Assembly: GCA_038087875.1 (NCBI GenBank)
Contig: JAXLNO010000511.1
Location: forward strand, 248,001-312,000
Source of the DNA: Malacoraja senta
Lineage: Eukaryota
DNA length: 64,000 nt
Direction: 5' to 3'
Shown here: in pieces, positions 10,626 through 25,600 of the stretch
Numbering within the stretch: position 1 is the first letter of the stretch
Layout of the letters: the number at the start of each line of letters is the position of its first letter
Translations under genes and position numbers: made by a program
The notes under the pieces: generated by a model
What the model was told of the DNA's origin: nothing
Database searches by the model: none
Seen by the model: only the letters and a program-made list of their open reading frames with translations

Positions 10626-13600
10626 GCTTCATTTTCATCGCTTTTCGCTTCTTGAAGGTTCGTCGCTTTTCGCATGCTGAATTTTCGTCGACTTTCATGT
10701 CCTGAAATTTCGTCGCCTTTCACGTCCTGCAATTTCGTCACTTTATTCGTCCTGATATTACGTCGCTTTTCGCGTGCTGAATTTTTGTTGCTTTTTGCAT
10801 GCTGAATTTTCATCGCTATTTGCGTGCTAAATTTTCGTCACTTTTCACGTTCCAAAATGTAGTCACTTTTCGCGTGCGCAATTTCCGTCACTTTTTGCGT
10901 CCTGGTTTCGCTGAATTTTCGTCACTTTACGCCTGCTGAATTTTTGTTGGTTTTAATGTCCTGAAGGTTCCTCTCTTTTCGCGTGGTGAATTTTCGTCGC
11001 TTTTCGTATGATGAATTTTCGTCGCATTTCGTGTGCTGAAATTTCGCCGCTTTTCACGATCTGAAATTTCGTCGCTGTATGCGTCCTGTAATTTCGTCGC
11101 GTTTCGCATGCTAAATTTTAATCGTGTTTTGTGTGCTGAAATTTCGTCGCTATTCGCATGCTTAATTTTCGTCGCTTTTCACTTCCTGAAATTTCGTCAG
11201 TTTTGGTGTACTGAATTTTCATCACTTTTCACGTGCTGAATTATCGTCGCTTTTCGTGTTCTGAAGGTTCGCCAATTTTCACGTGCCGAAATTTTGTCGC
11301 CTTTCATTTCCTGAAGGTTCGTCACTTTTTATGTGCTGAATCTTCATTGCTTTTCACAGGCTGAATTTTCGGTGCTTTTTGCGTGGACACATTTCTTTGC
11401 CTTTCATGTCCTGAAATATCGTCACCTTTCACGTCCTGAAATTTCGTCGCTTTATTCATCCTAATATTACGTCGCTTTTTGCGTGCTGAATTTTCGTTAC
11501 TGTTTGCGTGCTTCATTTTCATCGCTTTTCGCTTCTTGAAGGTTCGTCGCTTTTCGCATGCTGAATTTTCGTCGACTTTCATGTCCTGAAATTTCGTCGC
11601 CTTTCACGTCCTGCAATTTCGTCACTTTATTCGTCCTGATATTACGTCGCTTTTCGCGTGCTGAATTTTTGTTGCTTTTTGCATGCTGAATTTTCATCGC
11701 TATTTGCGTGCTAAATTTTCGTCACTTTTCACGTTCCAATATTTAGTCACTTTTCGCGTGCGCAATTTCCGTCACTTTTCGCGTCCTGGTTTCGCTGAAT
11801 ATTCGTCACTTTACGCCTGCTGAATTTTTGTTGGTTTTAATGTCCTGAAGGTTCCTCTCTTTTCGCGTGGTGAATTTTCGTCGCTTTTCATATGATGAAT
11901 TTTCATCGCTTTTCGTGTGCTGAAATTTCGCCGCTTTTCACGATCTGAAATTTCGTCGCTGTATGCGTCCTGTAATTTTGTCGCGTTTCGCATGCTAAAT
12001 TTTAATCGCGTTTTGTGTGCTGAAATTTCGTCGCTATTCGCATGCTCAATTTTCGTCGCTTTTCACTTCCGGAAATTTCGTCAGTTTTGGCGTGCTGAAT
12101 TTTCATCACTTTTCATGTGCTGAATTATCGTCGCTTTTCATGTTCTGAAGGTTCGTCAATTTTCACGTGCCGAAATTTTGTCGCCTTTCACGTCCTGAAA
12201 TTTCGTCGCATTATTCGTCCTGATATTATGTCGCTCTTCGCGTGCTGAACTTTTGTTGCTTTTTGCATGGTGAATTTTCGTTGCTTTTTGCGTTTCATTT
12301 TCATCGCTTTTTGCGTCTTGAAGGTTCGTCGCTTTTTGCATGCTCAAATTTCGTTGCATTTCATGTCCTGAATTTTTGTCGTGTTATGCATGCTTCATTT
12401 TCATCGCTTTTCGCGTCCTGAAGGTTTGTCGCTTTTATCGCTGAATTTTCGTCACTTTATGCCTGCTGAATTTTCGTTGGTTTTAATGTCCTGAAGGTTC
12501 CTCTCTTTTCGCATGGTGAATTTTTGTCACTTTTCGTATAATGAATTTTCGTCGCTTTTCGTGTGCTGTAATTTCGTCGCGTTTCGCATGCTGAATTTTA
12601 GTCTCGTTTTGTGTGCTGAAATTTCGGCGCTATTCGCATGCTTAATTTTCGTCGCTTTTCCCTTCCTGAAATTTCATCACTATTGGCGTCCTGAATTTTC
12701 ATCACTTTTCACGTGCTGAATTATCGTCGCTTTTCGCGTCCTGAAGGTTCGTCAATTTTCACGTGCTGAAATTTCGCGTGGTGAATTTTTGTCATTTTTC
12801 GCATAATGAATTTTCGTGGCTTTACGTGTGCTGAAATTTCGCCGCTTTTCACGATCTGAAATTTCTTCGCTGTATGCGTCTTGTAATTTCGTCGCGTTTC
12901 GCATGCTGAATTTTAGTCGCGTTTTGTGTGCTGAAATTTCGTCGCTTTTCGCATGCTTAATTTTCGTCGCTTTTCACTTCTGGAAATTTCGTCACTATTG
13001 ACGTCCTGAATTTTCATCACTTTTCACGTGCTGAATTATCATCGCTTTTCGTGTCCTGAAAATGTTGTCGCCTTTCACGTCCTGTAATTTTGTTGCATTA
13101 TTGTTCCTGATATTACGTCGCTTTTCGCGTGCTGAATTTTTGTCACTTTTTGCATGCTGAATTTTCGTCGCCTTTTGCGTGCTTCATTTTCATCGTTTTT
13201 TGCGTCTTGAAGGTTCGTCGCTTTTCGCATGCTGAAATTTCATCACTTTTCGCGTACTGAAATTTCGTTGCCTTTCATGTCATGAATTTTTGTCGCTTTT
13301 TGCATGCTTCATTTTCATCGCTTTTCGCGTCCTGAAGGTTTGTCGCTTTTTGTGTGCTGAAGTTTCGTCACTTTACGCCTGCTGAATTTTCGTTGGTTTT
13401 AATGTCCTGAAGGTTCCTCTCTTTCCGCGTGGTGAATTTTCGTCGCTTTTCGTATGATGAATTTTCGTCGCTTTTCGTGAGCTGAAATTTCGCCGCTTTT
13501 CACGATCTGAAATTTAGTCGCTGTATGCGTCCTGTAATTTCGTCGCCTTTCGCATGCTGAATTTTATTCGCGTTTTGTGTGCTGAAATTTCGTCGCTATT

Positions 13601-16600
13601 CGCATGCTTAATTTTCGTCACTTTTCACTTCCGGAAATTTCGTCACTTTTGGCGTGCTGAATTTTCATCACTTTTCACGTGCTGAATTATCATTGCATTT
13701 CGTGTCCTGGTGAATTTTTGTCGCTTTTATTATGCTGAAATTTCGTCGCTTTTCACGTCCTGAAATTTCGCCACTTTTCTCGTGCTGACTTTTCGTCGCT
13801 TTTCGCATGGTGAATTTTCGTCACTTTCAGTATGCTGAAATTTTATCGCTTTTCACGTCCTGAAATTTCGTCGCTTGTCGCGTGCAGGATTCTCGTCGCT
13901 TTTCGCGTGCTGAATTTTCGTCGCTTTTCACGTCCTGAAGGTTCATCACTTTTCGTGTGCCGAATTTGTGTCGCTTTTGGTCTCCTGAAATGTTGTCGCT
14001 TCATGCATCCTGAACTTATGTCGCATTTCGCATCTTGAATTTACGTCGCTTTTGACATTTAAAATTTTCGTCGCCTTTCGTTGTCTTGAATGTTCATCAC
14101 TTTTCGCGTACTGAATTTTGGTCATTGGTCACGTGCTGAATTATCATCGCTTTTTGCGTCCTGAAGGATTGTCACTTTTCATGTGCTGAATTTTCATCGC
14201 TTTTCACAGGCTGAATTTTCGTCGCTTTTCGCGTGATGAAATTTCGTCGGCTTTCATGTCCTGAAATTTCGTCGCCTTTCTCATCCTGAAATTTCGTCGC
14301 TTTTCGCGTGCTGAATTTTTAATGCTTTTTGCATGCTGAATTTTCATCGATTTTTGCGTGCTAAATTTTCGTCAATTTTCACGTTCTGAACTTTAGTCAC
14401 TTTTCGCGTGCGGAATTTCTGTCGCTTTTCACCTCCTGAAGGTTTGTCGCTTTACGCGTGCTGAATTTTTGTCACTTTACGCATGCTGAATTTTCGTTGG
14501 TTTTAACGTCCTGAAGCTTCCTCTCTTTTCGCATGCTGAATTTTCGTCGCTTTCCGCATGCTGAATTTTTGTCGCTTTTTGCGTGATGAAATTTTGTCGG
14601 CTTTCATGTCCTGAAATTTCGTCGCCTTTCTCATCCTGAAATTTCATCGCTTTATTCGTCCTGGTATTACGTCGCTTTTTGCGTGCTGAATTTTTAATGC
14701 TTTTTGCATGCTGAATTTTCATCGCTTTTTGCGTGCTAAATTTTCGTCAATTTTGACGTTCTGAAATTTAGACACTTTTCGCGTGCGGAATTTCTGTCAC
14801 TTTTCGCCTCCTGAAGGTTTGTCGCTTTACGCGTGCTGAATTTTTGTCACTTTACGCGTGCTGAATTTTCGTTGGTTTTAACGTCCTGAAGGTTCCTCTC
14901 TTTTCGTGTGCTGAATTTTCGTCGCTTTCCGCATGCTGAATTTTCGTCGCTTTTTGCGTGATGACATTTCGTCGGCTTTCATGCCCTGAAATTTCGTCGC
15001 CTTTCTCATCCTGAAATTTCGTCGTTTACTTGTCCTGATATTACCTCGCTTTTCGCGTGCTGAATTTTTAATGCTTTTTGCATGCTGAATTTTCATCGCT
15101 TATTGCGTGCTAAATTTTCGTCAATTTTCACGTTCTGAACTTTAATCACTTTTCGCGTGCGGAATTTCCGTCGCTTTTCGCGTCCTGAAAGTCTGTCACT
15201 TTTCGCGTGCAGAATTTTCGTCACTTTACGTGTGCAGAATTTTAGTTGGTTTTAATGTCCTGAAGGTTCCTCTCTTTGCACATGCTGAATTTTCGTCGCT
15301 TTTCGTATGCTGAATTTTCGTCGCTTTTCGCGTGTTGATATTTCGCTGCTTTTCACGTTCTGAAATTTCGCCGCTTTTCACGTTCTGAAATTACGTCGCT
15401 TTATGCGTCCTGATGTTTCGTCACTTTCCGCATGCTGAATTTCCGTCGCTTTTCATGTGCTGAAATTTCGCCGCTTTTCACGTTCTGAAATTTCGTCGCA
15501 TTATGCATCGCTTTATTAGTCCTGATGTTTCGTCGCTTTTCGCATGCTGAATTTTCGTCGCTTGTCGTCTGCTGAAATTTCGTCGCTTTTACACGTGCTG
15601 AATTTTTGTCACTTTACGCAAGCCGAAATTTCGTTGGTTTTAACGTCCTGAAGGTTCCTCTCTTTGCGTGCTGAATTTTCGTCGCTTTTCTTGTGCTGAT
15701 ATTTCGTCGCTTTTCTTGTCCTGAAGGATCACTTTTCACGTGTGGAATTTTCGTCGCTTTTCACATGGTAAATTTTCGTCGCTTATATTATGCTGAAATG
15801 TCATCGCTTTTCACTTCCTGAAATTTCGTCGCTTTTAGCGTGCAGAATTATTGTCGTTTTCGTGTGCAGAATTTTCGTCGCTTTTCACGTCGTGCTGGTT
15901 CATCAATTTTCGTGTGCCGAAATTTTGTCGCATTTCGTCTCCTGAAATGTTGTCGCTTCATGCATACGGAACTTTTCTCACATTTCGTATCTTGAATTTA
16001 CGTCGCTTTTGACATTTTAAATTTTCGTCGCCTTTCGCGTCCTGAAGGTTCATCACTTTTCGCTTGCTGAATTTTCGTCGCTTTTCGCGTGTTGAAATTT
16101 CGTCGCTTTTCATGTTCTGAAATTTCGTCGCTTTATGCGTCCTGTAATTTCTTTGCTTTTCGCATGCTGAATTTTCATCGCTTTTCACAGGCTGAATTTT
16201 CGTCGCTTCTCACAGGCTGAATTTTTGTCACTTTTCGGGGGCTGAAATTTCGTCGCCTTTCATGTCCTGAAATTTCGTCGCCTTTCACATCCTGGAATTT
16301 CGTCGGTTTAGTCATCCTGATATTACATCGCTTTTCACTTGCTGAATTTTGTTCGCTTTTTGCATGCTGAATTTCCGTCGCTTTTCGCGTGCTGAAATTT
16401 CGTTGCCTTATTCGTCCTGATATTACGTTGCTTTTCGCGTGCTGAATTTTCGTTGCTGTTTGTGTGCTTCATTTTCATCGTCTTGAAGGTTCGTCGCTTT
16501 TCGCATGCTGAATTTTCATCCCTTTTCGCATGCTGAAATTTCGTTGCCTTATTCGTCCTGATATTACGTCTTATTCGTCCTGAATTTTTGTCGCATTTCG

Positions 16601-19600
16601 CATGCTGAAATGTCGTCGTCTTTCATGTCCTGAAATTTCGTCGCCTTTCACGTCCTGAAATGTCGTAGCTTTATTCATCCTGATATTACGTCGCTTTTGC
16701 GTGCTGAATTTTTTTTGCCTTTTGCATGCTGAATTTTCATCGCTTTTCGCATGCTAAATTTTCGTCACCTTTCACCTGCTGAATTTTTGTCGCTTTTCGC
16801 GTGCTAAATTTTCGTCGCATTTCACGTTCTGAAATGTAGTCACTTTTTGCGTGAGGAATTTCCATCGCCTTTCGCGTCCTGAAGGTTTGTCGCTTCACCT
16901 GTGCTGAATTTTTGTTTGTCGCTTTACCCGTGCTGATTTTTTTTGCCTTTTGCATGCTGAATTTTCATCGCTTTTCGCATGCTAAATTTTCGTCACCTTT
17001 CACGTTCTGAAATGTAGTCACTTTTCGCGTGCTGAATTTTCGTCACTTTACACGTGCAGAATTTTCGTTGGTTTGAACGTTCTGAAGGTACCTCCCTTTT
17101 CGCGTGCTGAATTTTCGTTGCTTTTCGCATGATGAATTTCCATCGCTTTTCGTGTGCTGAAATTCCGTCGCTTTTCACGTTCTGAAATTTCGTCGCTTTA
17201 TATGTCCTGAAGTTTCATTGCTTTATTCGTCCTGATGTTTCGTCGCTTTCGCATGCTGAATTTTCGTCGCTTTTTGTGTGCTGAAATTTCGTCGGTTTTT
17301 GCCTGCTGAAAATTCGTCGCTTTTCATGTTCTAAAAATTTCGTCGCTTTATGCTTCCTGCAATTTCGTCACTTTTCGTATGCTTAATTTTCGTCGCTTTT
17401 TGTGTGCTGAAATTTCTGCGCTTTTCGTGTGCTGATAATTTGTCGCTTTTCACAACCTGAAATTCGTTGCTTTATTCGTCCTGATATTACATCACTTTTC
17501 ACGAGCTGAATTTTTGTCTCTTTTTGAATGCTGAATTTTCGTCGCTTTTTGCGTGCTTCATTTTCATCGCTTTTCGCGTATTGATGTTTCTTAGCTTTTC
17601 GCATACTGAATTTTCGTCGCTTTTCGCATGCTGAATTTTTGTCGCTTTTCGCGTGCTAAATTTTCGTCGCTTTTCACGTTCTGAAATGTAGTCACTTTTC
17701 GCATGAGGAATTTCCATCGCCTTTCGCGTCCTGAAGGTTTGTCACTTTACCCGTGCTGAATTTTTGTCACTACGCCTGCTGAATTTTCGTTGGTTTGAAC
17801 GTCCTGGTCCCTCCCTTTTCGCGTGCTGAATTTTCATAGCTTTTCGCATGCTGAATTTTCATCGCTTTTCGCATGCTGAATTTTCGTCACTTTTCATGTG
17901 CTGAAATTTCGCCGCTTTTCATGTTCTGAAATTTCGTCGCTTTATGCGTCCTGTAATTTCGTTGCTTTTCGCATGCTGAATTTTCATCGCTTTTCACAGG
18001 CTGAATTTTCGTCGCTTGTCACAGGCTGAATTTTTGTCACTTTTCAGGGGCTGAAATTTCGTCGCCTTTCACATCCTGGAATTTCGTCGGTTTAGTCATC
18101 CTGATATTACGTCGCTTTTCACTTGCTGAATTTTGTTCGCTTTTTGCATGCTGAATTTCCGTCGCTTTTCGCGTGCTGAAATTTCGTCACCTTATTCGTC
18201 CTGATATTACGTTGCTTTTCGCGTGCTGAATTTTCGTTGCTGTTTGTGTGCTTCATTTTCATCGTCTTGAAGGTTCGTCGCTTTTCGCATGCTGAATTTT
18301 CATCCCTTTTCGCATGCTGGAATTTCGTCGCCTTATTCGTCCTGATATTACGTCTTATTCGTCCTGAATTTTTGTCGCATTTCGCATGCTGAAATGTCGT
18401 CGTCTTTCATGTCCTGAAATTTCGTCGCCTTTCACGTCCTGAAATGTCGTCGCTTTATTCATCCTGATATTACGTCGCTTTTGCGTGCTGAATTTTTTTT
18501 GCCTTTTGCATGCTGAATTTTCATCGCTTTTCGCATGCTAAATTTTCGTCACCTTTCACCTGCTGAATTTTTGTCGCTTTTCGCGTGCTAAATTTTCTTC
18601 GCATTTCACGTTCTGAAATGTAGTCACTTTTTGCGTGAGGAATTTCCATCGCCTTTCGCGTCCTGAAGGTTTGTCGCTTTACCTGTGCTGAATTTTTGTT
18701 TGTCGCTTTACCCGTGCTGATTTTTTTTGCCTTTTGCATGCTGAATTTTCATCGCTTTTCGCATGCTAAATTTTCGTCACCTTTCACGTTCTGAAATGTA
18801 GTCACTTTTTGCGTGCTGAATTTTCGTCACTTTACACGTGCAGAATTTTCGTTGCTTTTCGCATGATGAATTTCCATCGCTTTTCGTGTGCTGAAATTCC
18901 GTCGCTTTTCACGTTCTGAAATTTCGTCGCTTTATATGTCCTGAAGTTTCATTGCTTTATTCGTCCTGATGTTTCGTCGCTTTCGCATGCTGAATTTTCG
19001 TCGCTTTTTGTGTGCTGAAAGTTCGTTGGTTTTTGCCTGCTGAAATTTCGTCGCTTTTCATGTTCTAAAAATTTCGTCGCTTTATGCTTCCTGCAATTTC
19101 GTCACTTTTCGTATGCTTAATTTTCGTCGCTTTTTGTGTGCTGAAATTTCTGCGCTTTTCGTGTGCTGATAATTTGTCGCTTTTCACAACCTGAAATTCG
19201 TTGCTTTATTCTTCCTGATATTACATCACTTTTCACGAGCTGAATTTTTGTCTCTTTTTGAATGCTGAATTTTCGTCGCTTTTTGCGTGCTTCATTTTCA
19301 TCGCTTTTCGCGTATTGATGTTTCTTAGCTTTTCGCATACTGAATTTTCGTCGCTTTTCGCATGCTGAATTTGTGTCGCTTTTCGCGTGCTAAATTTTCG
19401 TCGCTTTTCACGTTCTGAAATGTAGTCACTTTTCGCATGAGGAATTTCCATCGCCTTTCGCTTCCTGAAGGTTTGTCACTTTACCCGTTTTAACGTCCTG
19501 GTCCCTCCCTTTTCGCGTGCTGAATTTTCATAGCTTTTCGCATGCTGAATTTTCATCGCTTTTCTCATGCTGAATTTTCGTCACTTTTCATGTGCTGAAA

Positions 19601-22600
19601 TTTCGCCGCTTTTCATGTTTAGTAATGTCGTCGCTTTATGAGTCCTGATGTTTCATCGCTTTATGCGTCCTGATGTTTCGTCGATTTTGGCATGCTGAAT
19701 TTTCGTCACTTTTTGTGTGCTGAAATTTCGTCGCTTTTCGTCTGCTGAAATTTCGTCGCTTTACACGTCCTGAAATTGCGTCACTTTTGGCGTGCTGAAT
19801 TTTCATCGCTTTTCATGTCCTGAAGGATCGTCGCTTTTCGCGTGCTGAAATGTCGTCGTTTTTCGCATGGTGAATTTTCGTTACTTTTAGTATGCTGAAA
19901 TTTCGTCACTTTTCCCGTCCTGAAATGTAGTCACGTTTCGCGTGCTGAATTTTCGTCGCGTGCTGATATTTCATCGCTTTTCACGTCCTGAAATGTCGTC
20001 ACTTTTGGCGTGCTGAATTTTTGTCGGTTTTCACATGCTGAATTTTCGTCACTTTTGGCGTGCTGAAGTTTGGTCGCTTTTCGCGTGCTGAATTTTCGTC
20101 ACTTTTCACGTGCTGAATTATCATTGCTATTCGTGTCCTGAAGGTTCGTCACTTTTAACGTGCTGAAATTTAATCGCTTTTCACAGGCTGAATTTTCGTC
20201 GCTTTTTGCGTGCTGAAATTCCGTCACCTTTCATGTCCTGAAATTTTGTCGCCTTTCACGTCCTGAAATTTCGTCGCTTTATTCATCCTGATATTACGTC
20301 GCTTTTCGCGTGCTGAATTTTTTTTGCTTTTTGCAGGATGAAATTTCGTCGCGGTTTGCGTGCTTCACTTTCATCGCTTTCGAGGCTTGAAGGTTCGTCG
20401 CTTTTCGAATGCTGAATTTTCGTCGCTTTTCGTGTGCTAAATTTTCGTCGCTTTTTGCTTGCAAAATTTTCGGCGCTTTTCACGTTCTGAAATTTAGTCA
20501 CTTTTCGCGTGCGGAATTTCCGACGCTTTTCCCCTCCTGAAGGTTTGTGGCTTTACGCTTGCTGAATTTTTGTCACTTTACGCGTGCTGAATATTCGTTG
20601 GTTTTCGCATGCTGAATTCCGTTGCCTTTCGTGTGCTGACATTTCGTCGCTTTTCGTGTGTTGAAATTTCGCCGCTTTTCACGTTCTGAAATTTCGCCGC
20701 TTTTCACGTTCTGAAATTTCGTCGCTTTATGCATCCTGATGTTTTGTCGCTTTCCGCGTGCTGATTTTTGTCGCTTTTCATGTGCTGAAATTTCGGTGCT
20801 TTTCGTGTGCTGAAAATTTCGTCGCCTTTCACATCCTGAAATGTCGTTGCTTTATGCATCCTGATGTTTTGTCGCTTGGTTTTAATGTCCTGAAGGTTCC
20901 TCTCTTTTCGCATGCTGAATTTTCGTCGTTTTCACATGCTTAATTTTCATCGCTTTTTGCGTACTAAATTTTCGTGGCTTTTAACGTTATGAAATTTAGT
21001 CACTTTTCGCGTGCGTAATTTCCGTTGCTTTTTGCCTCCTGAAGATTTGTCGATTTACGCATGCTAAATTTTTGTCACATTAACCGTGCTGAATTTTCGT
21101 TGGTTTTAACGTCCTGAAGGTTCCTCTCTATTTAACGTGCTGAATTTTTGTCGCTTTTCACATGCTGAATTTCCGTCGCTTTTCATGTGCTGATATTTCG
21201 CCGCTTTACACGTTCTGAAATGTTGCCGCTTTATGCGTCCTGTAATTTCGTCAATTTTCGCATGCTGAATTTTCGTCGCTTTTTGTGTACTGAAATTTCG
21301 GCGCTTTTCATGTGCTGATATTTCATCGCTTTTCACCTCTTGAAATTTCGTCGCTTTATTCGTCCTCATATTACGTCGCTTTACACGTGCTGAATTTTTG
21401 TCACTTTATGCGTGCTGAATTTTCGTTGGTTTTAATGTCATGAAGGATGGTCGCTTTTCACATGCTGAAAGTTCGTCGCTTTTCGCATGGTGAGTTTTCG
21501 TCGCTTAGTATGCTGAAATTTCGTCGCTTTTCAAGTCCTGAAATTACGTCACTTTTCGCGTGATGAATATTCGTTACTTTTCGCGTGCTTAATTTACGTC
21601 GCTTTTCATGTTCTGAAATTTCGTCGCTTTTTGCGTGCTGAATTTTCGTCACTTTTCGTGTGCTGATATTTCATCACTTTTCACGTCCTGAAATTTCGTC
21701 ACATTAGGCGTGCTGAATTTTTGTCGCTTTTCGCAGGCTGAATTCTCGTTCATTTTCACGTGCTGAATTATCGTCGCTTTTCGTGTCCTGAGGGTTCGTC
21801 ACTTTTAACGTGCTGAATTTTCGTCGCTTTTTGCATGCTGAATTTTTGTCATTTTTCGCGTGCTGAAATTTCGTCGCCTTTCATGTCCTGAAATTTCATC
21901 GCCTTTCACATCCTGAAATTTTGTCACCTTTCATGTCCTGAAATTTCGTCGCTTTTCACGTCCTGAAATTTCGTCGCTTTATGCATCCTGATGTTTCGTC
22001 ATTTTATGCGTCCTGATGTTTCGATGCTTTCCGAATGCTGACTTTTCGTGGCTTTTCGTGTGCTGAAATTTTGGCGCTTTTCGTGTGCTGAAATTTCGTC
22101 GCTTTTCATGTTCTGAAATTCCATCGCTTTATGCGTCCTGTAATTTCGTCACGTTTCATATGCTGAATTTTAGTCGCTTTTCGCATGCTGAAATTTTGTC
22201 GCTTTTCATGATCTGAAATTTCGTCGCTTTATGCGTCCTGTAATTTCATCGCTTATCGCATGGTGAATTTTCGTCGCTTTTATTATGCTGAAATTTCGTT
22301 GCTTTTCATATCCTGAAATTTAGTCACTTTTCGCGTGCTGAATTTTCCTCGCTTTTCGCGTGCTTAATTTTCGTCGCTTTTCAAGTTCTGAAATTTCGCC
22401 ACTTTTTGTGTGCTGAATTTTCAGCGCTTTTCGTGTGCTGATATTTCATCGCTTTTCACGTCCTGAAATTTCGTCACTTGTGGCGTGCTGAATTTTTGTC
22501 GCTTTTCGCGTGCTGAATTTTCGTCACCTTTCACGTGCTGCATTATCATCGCTTTTTGTGTCCTGGTTCGTCACTTTTAACTTGCATATTTTCATCGCTT

Positions 22601-25600
22601 TTCACAGGCTGAATTTTCGTCGCTTTTCGCGTGCAGAAATTTCGTCGCCTTTCATGTCCTGAAATTTCGTCGCCTTTCACGTCCTGAAATTTCGTCGCTT
22701 TATTCGTCGTGATATTACTTTGCTTTTTGTGTGCTTAATTTTGCTTGCTTTATGCATGCTTCCTTTTCATCGCTTTTCGCGTCCTGAAGGTTCCTCTTTC
22801 TTCGCGTGCTGAATTTTCGTCGCTTTTCACATGCTGAATTTTCGTCGCTTTTCGCATGCTAAATTTTCGTCGCTTTATGCGTCCTGATGTTTCAGTGCTT
22901 TATTCGTCCTGATGTTTCGTTGCTTTTCACATGCTGAGTTTTCGTTGCTTTTTGTGTGCTGAAATTTCGGCGCTTTTCATTTGCTGAAAATTCGTCGCTT
23001 TTCATGTTCTGAAATTTTGTCGCTTTATGCGTCCTGATGTTTCATCGCTTCATACGTCCTGATGTTTCGTCGCTTTTCGCATGCTGAATTTTCTTTGCTT
23101 TTTGTGTGCTGAAATTTCGTCGCATTTCACGTCCTGAAATTTCGTCACATTTGGCGTGCTGAATTTTCGTCATATTTCACGTTTTGAAGGATTGTCGCTT
23201 TTCACATCCTGAAGGATCATCGCTTTTATCCTGCTGAATCTTCATTGCTTTTCACATGCTATATTTTTGTCGCTTTTGACGTCCTGAAATGTCGTCACTT
23301 TTGGCGTGCTGAATTTTTGTCGCTTTTCGCGTGCTGAATTTTCATCACTTTTCACGTGCTGAATTATCGTCGCTTTTCGCGTCCTGAAGGTTCGTCACTT
23401 TTCTTGTGCTGAATTTTCATCGCTTTTTGCAGGCTGAATTTTCGTTGCTTTTCGCGTGCTGAAATTTCGTCACTTTTCATGATCTGAAATGTTGTCGCTT
23501 TATGCGACCTGAGGTTTTGTCGCTTTACACGTCCTGAATTTACGTTGCTTTTCGTCACTTTTCACCTGCTGAATTATCATCGCTTTTCGTGTACTGAAGG
23601 TTCGTCACTTTAACGTGCTGAAATTTCATCGCTTTTCACAGGCTGAATTTTCGTCGCTTTTCGCATGCTGAAATTTCGTCACCTTTCATGTCCTGAAATT
23701 TCGTCGCCTTTCACGTCCTGAAATTTCGTCGCTTTATTCATCCTGTTATTACGTTGCTTTTCGCGTGCTGAATTTTTTTCGCTTTTTGCACGATGAATTT
23801 TCGTCGCTGTTTGCGTGCTTCACTTTCATCGCATTTCGCGTCTTGAAGGTTCGTCGCTTTTCGCATGCTGAATTTTCGTCGCTTTTCGCATGCTAAATTT
23901 TCGTCGCTTTTTGCTTGCAAAATTTTCGTCGCTTTTCACGTTCTGAAATTTAGTCACTTTTCGCGTGCGGAATTTCCGTCGCTTTTCCCCTCCTGAAGGT
24001 TTATGGCTTTACGCTTGCTGAATTTTTGTCTCTTTTCGTGTGCTGATATTTCATCGTTTTCACATCCTGAAGGATCGTCACTTTTCTCGTGCTGAATTTT
24101 CAGCGCTTTTCACATGGTGAATTTTCGTTGCTTTTAGTATGCAGAAATTTCGTCGCTTTTCACGTCCTGAAATTTCGTCGCTATTCGCGTGCAGAATTAT
24201 CGTCACTTTTCGCGTGCTTAATTTTCCTCGCTTTTCGCGTGCTTAATTTTCCTCACTTTTCATGTTCTGAAATTTCGCCACTTTTTGTGTGCTGAATTTT
24301 CGTCGCTTTTCGTGTGCTGCTGATGTTTCATCACTTTTCGCTTGCTGAATTTTCGTCGCCTCTTGCGTGCTTAATTTTCGTCGCTTTTCATGTTCTGAAG
24401 GATCGTCGCTTTTCACAGGCTGAATATTTGTCTCTGTTCGCGTGCTGAAATTCCGTCACCTTTCATGTCCTGAAATTTCATCGCTTTATGCGTCCTGATG
24501 TTTTGTTGCTTGGTTTTATTGTCCTGAAGGTTCCTCTCTTTGCGCATGCTGAATTTTCGTCGCTTTTCACATGCTTAATTTTCGTCGATTTTTGCGTACT
24601 AAATTTCCATGGCTTTTAAAGTTATGAAATTTTGTCACTTTTCGTGTGCGGAATTTCCGTTGCTTTTTGGCTCCTGAAGATTTGTCGCTTTACGCATGCT
24701 AAATTGTTGTCACTTTAACCGTGCTGAATTTTCGTTGGTTTTAACGTCCTGAAGGTTCCTCTCTTTTTTCACGTGCTGAATTTTTGTCACTTTTCGCATG
24801 CTGAATTTCCGTCGCTTTTCGTGTGCTGAAATTTCGCCCCTTTACACGTTCTGAAATTTTGTCGCTTTATGCGTCCTGTAATTTCGTCAATTTTCGTGTG
24901 CTGATATTTCATCGCTTTTCACATCTTGAAATTTCGTCGCTTTATTCGTCCTCATATTACGTCGCTTTACGCATGCTGAATTTTTGTCACTTTACGCGTG
25001 CTGAATTTTCGTTAGTTTTAATGTCCTGAAGGATGGTCGCTTTTCACATGCTGAAAGTTCCTCGCTCTTCGCATGGTGAGTTTTCGTCGCTTTTAGTATG
25101 CGGAATTTTCGTCGCTTTTCAAGTCCAGAAATTTCGTCACTTTAGGCGTGCTTAATTTTTGTCGCTTTTCGCGCGCTGAATTTTCGTTCATTTTCACGTG
25201 CTGAATTATCGTAACTTTTCGTGTCCTGAAGGTTCGTCACTTTTATCGTGCTGAAATTTCGTCGCTTTTTGCATGCTGAATTTTCGTCGTTTTTCGCGTG
25301 CTGAAATTTCGTCGGCTTTCATGTCCTGAAATTTCGTCGCCTTTCACGTCCTGAAATTTCGTCGCCTTTCACGTCCTGAAATTTCGTCGCTTTATTCGTC
25401 CTGATATAACGTCACTTTTCGCATGCGGAATTTCCGTTGCTTTTCGCGCCCTGAAAGTTTGTCGCTTTTCGCATGCTGAAATGTCATCACTTTACGCGTG
25501 CTGAATTTTCGTTGATTTTAACGTCCTGAAGGTTCCTCTCTTTTCGTGTGCTGAATTGTCGTCGGTTTTCGTATGATGAATTTTCGTCGCTTTTCATGTG

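Noticed and set aside
12471..12490. TTTCGTTGG as a CENP-B box
   Set aside because: Matches only the first half; the required downstream A and CGGG positions are absent.
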